This document shows, in pieces, positions 7,052-7,598 of a stretch of DNA of 7,598 bases. The DNA lies in the NCBI RefSeq assembly GCF_006345805.1, contig NW_021828814.1, forward strand, positions 1 to 7,598. The letters run 5' to 3'. The notes beneath the pieces are model-generated. The model had not been told where the DNA came from. It saw only the letters and a list, made by a program, of their open reading frames with translations, and ran no database searches. Position numbers and translations under genes: made by a program. The stretch is from Octopus sinensis. Its lineage: Eukaryota. The number at the start of each line of letters is the position of its first letter. Positions within the stretch are counted from its first letter, which is position 1.

Positions 7052-7398
7052 AAAAGGGTAAAAACCCATTTCGGTCATGAAAGACTATGGAATTGCACCA
7101 AGAAAGTTACCCTCCGAGGCAAAAGTCCATGCAAGGTTGTTTATGGAAGACCAGCAGTCGCCCATGCATACCAACCTCCCTTCTCCACGCCACCGATGTT
7201 ACCCAAGAGAAAGGCAAAGGGGCCGATACAGCTTGGCACCAGTGATGTCGCAGCTCCTTTCTACAGATGAGTTTATTGGAGTATCGTGAAATAAAGTTTC
7301 TTGCTTAAGAACACAACGCACAGCCCGGTCCAGGAATCGAACTCACTACTTCGTAATTGTGAGCCCGATGGTCTAACAACTGAGCCATGCGCCTTCAC
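7052..7398 (-). mobile_element. tRNA-derived CORE-type SINE (family A, copy 2), full length with TSD
   Basis: The RC begins gtgaaggcgcatggctcag and aligns end to end with 4009-4350 (roughly 80% by eye). A 14-bp TSD tttttttacaatta is at 7038-7051 and 7400-7413. Confidence 0.93.
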
Positions 7399-7598
7399 TT
7401 TTTTTTACAATTAGTCCTATCTAATTTGATGGTGCTGGGTTCAGAAATGCCCTCAAATTTTCTATCGCGCAAGTTTTTTTTGCTAAACAAAAATTCAATT
7501 TTTTACCATAAAATGTCAATTTTGCCATTAAATGTAATTCTGAAATAAGAAACTAACACAAACCAAATAGAACTTTTTAGTGTTTAATAAATATACAC

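Noticed and set aside
6901-7058. Acceptor-like tttttttcctacag (6901-6914) and the 139-aa ORF 6851-7270
   Set aside because: The ORF runs into SINE antisense sequence, the only nearby donor is weak and inside the SINE tail, and the peptide is unrecognisable.

Overview
This is repeat-saturated, AT-rich eukaryotic DNA. The SINE sequences and the dense (AT)n/(CA)n/(TG)n tracts resemble an octopus/cephalopod genome, a call made from recall rather than a database search. I see no intact protein-coding gene. The window holds a two-copy 485-bp-period tandem unit, two non-autonomous Helitron-like elements and five tRNA-derived SINEs from four families, two of which are an inverted pair of one family. 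It also has two hAT-type MITEs. One MITE has a perfect 8-bp TSD and carries a nested SINE plus the decayed 3' end of a restriction-like-endonuclease (HERO/R2-group) non-LTR retrotransposon. An ~800-bp GGT/GTT low-complexity block contains a 90-bp higher-order repeat that could encode a Gly/Cys-rich, Thr-rich or Pro/Gln-rich protein, but it is interrupted in ways that leave coding status unresolved. Nearly all ORFs in the supplied track are artefacts of microsatellites or SINE antisense strands. I found no convincing new system; the findings are leads.
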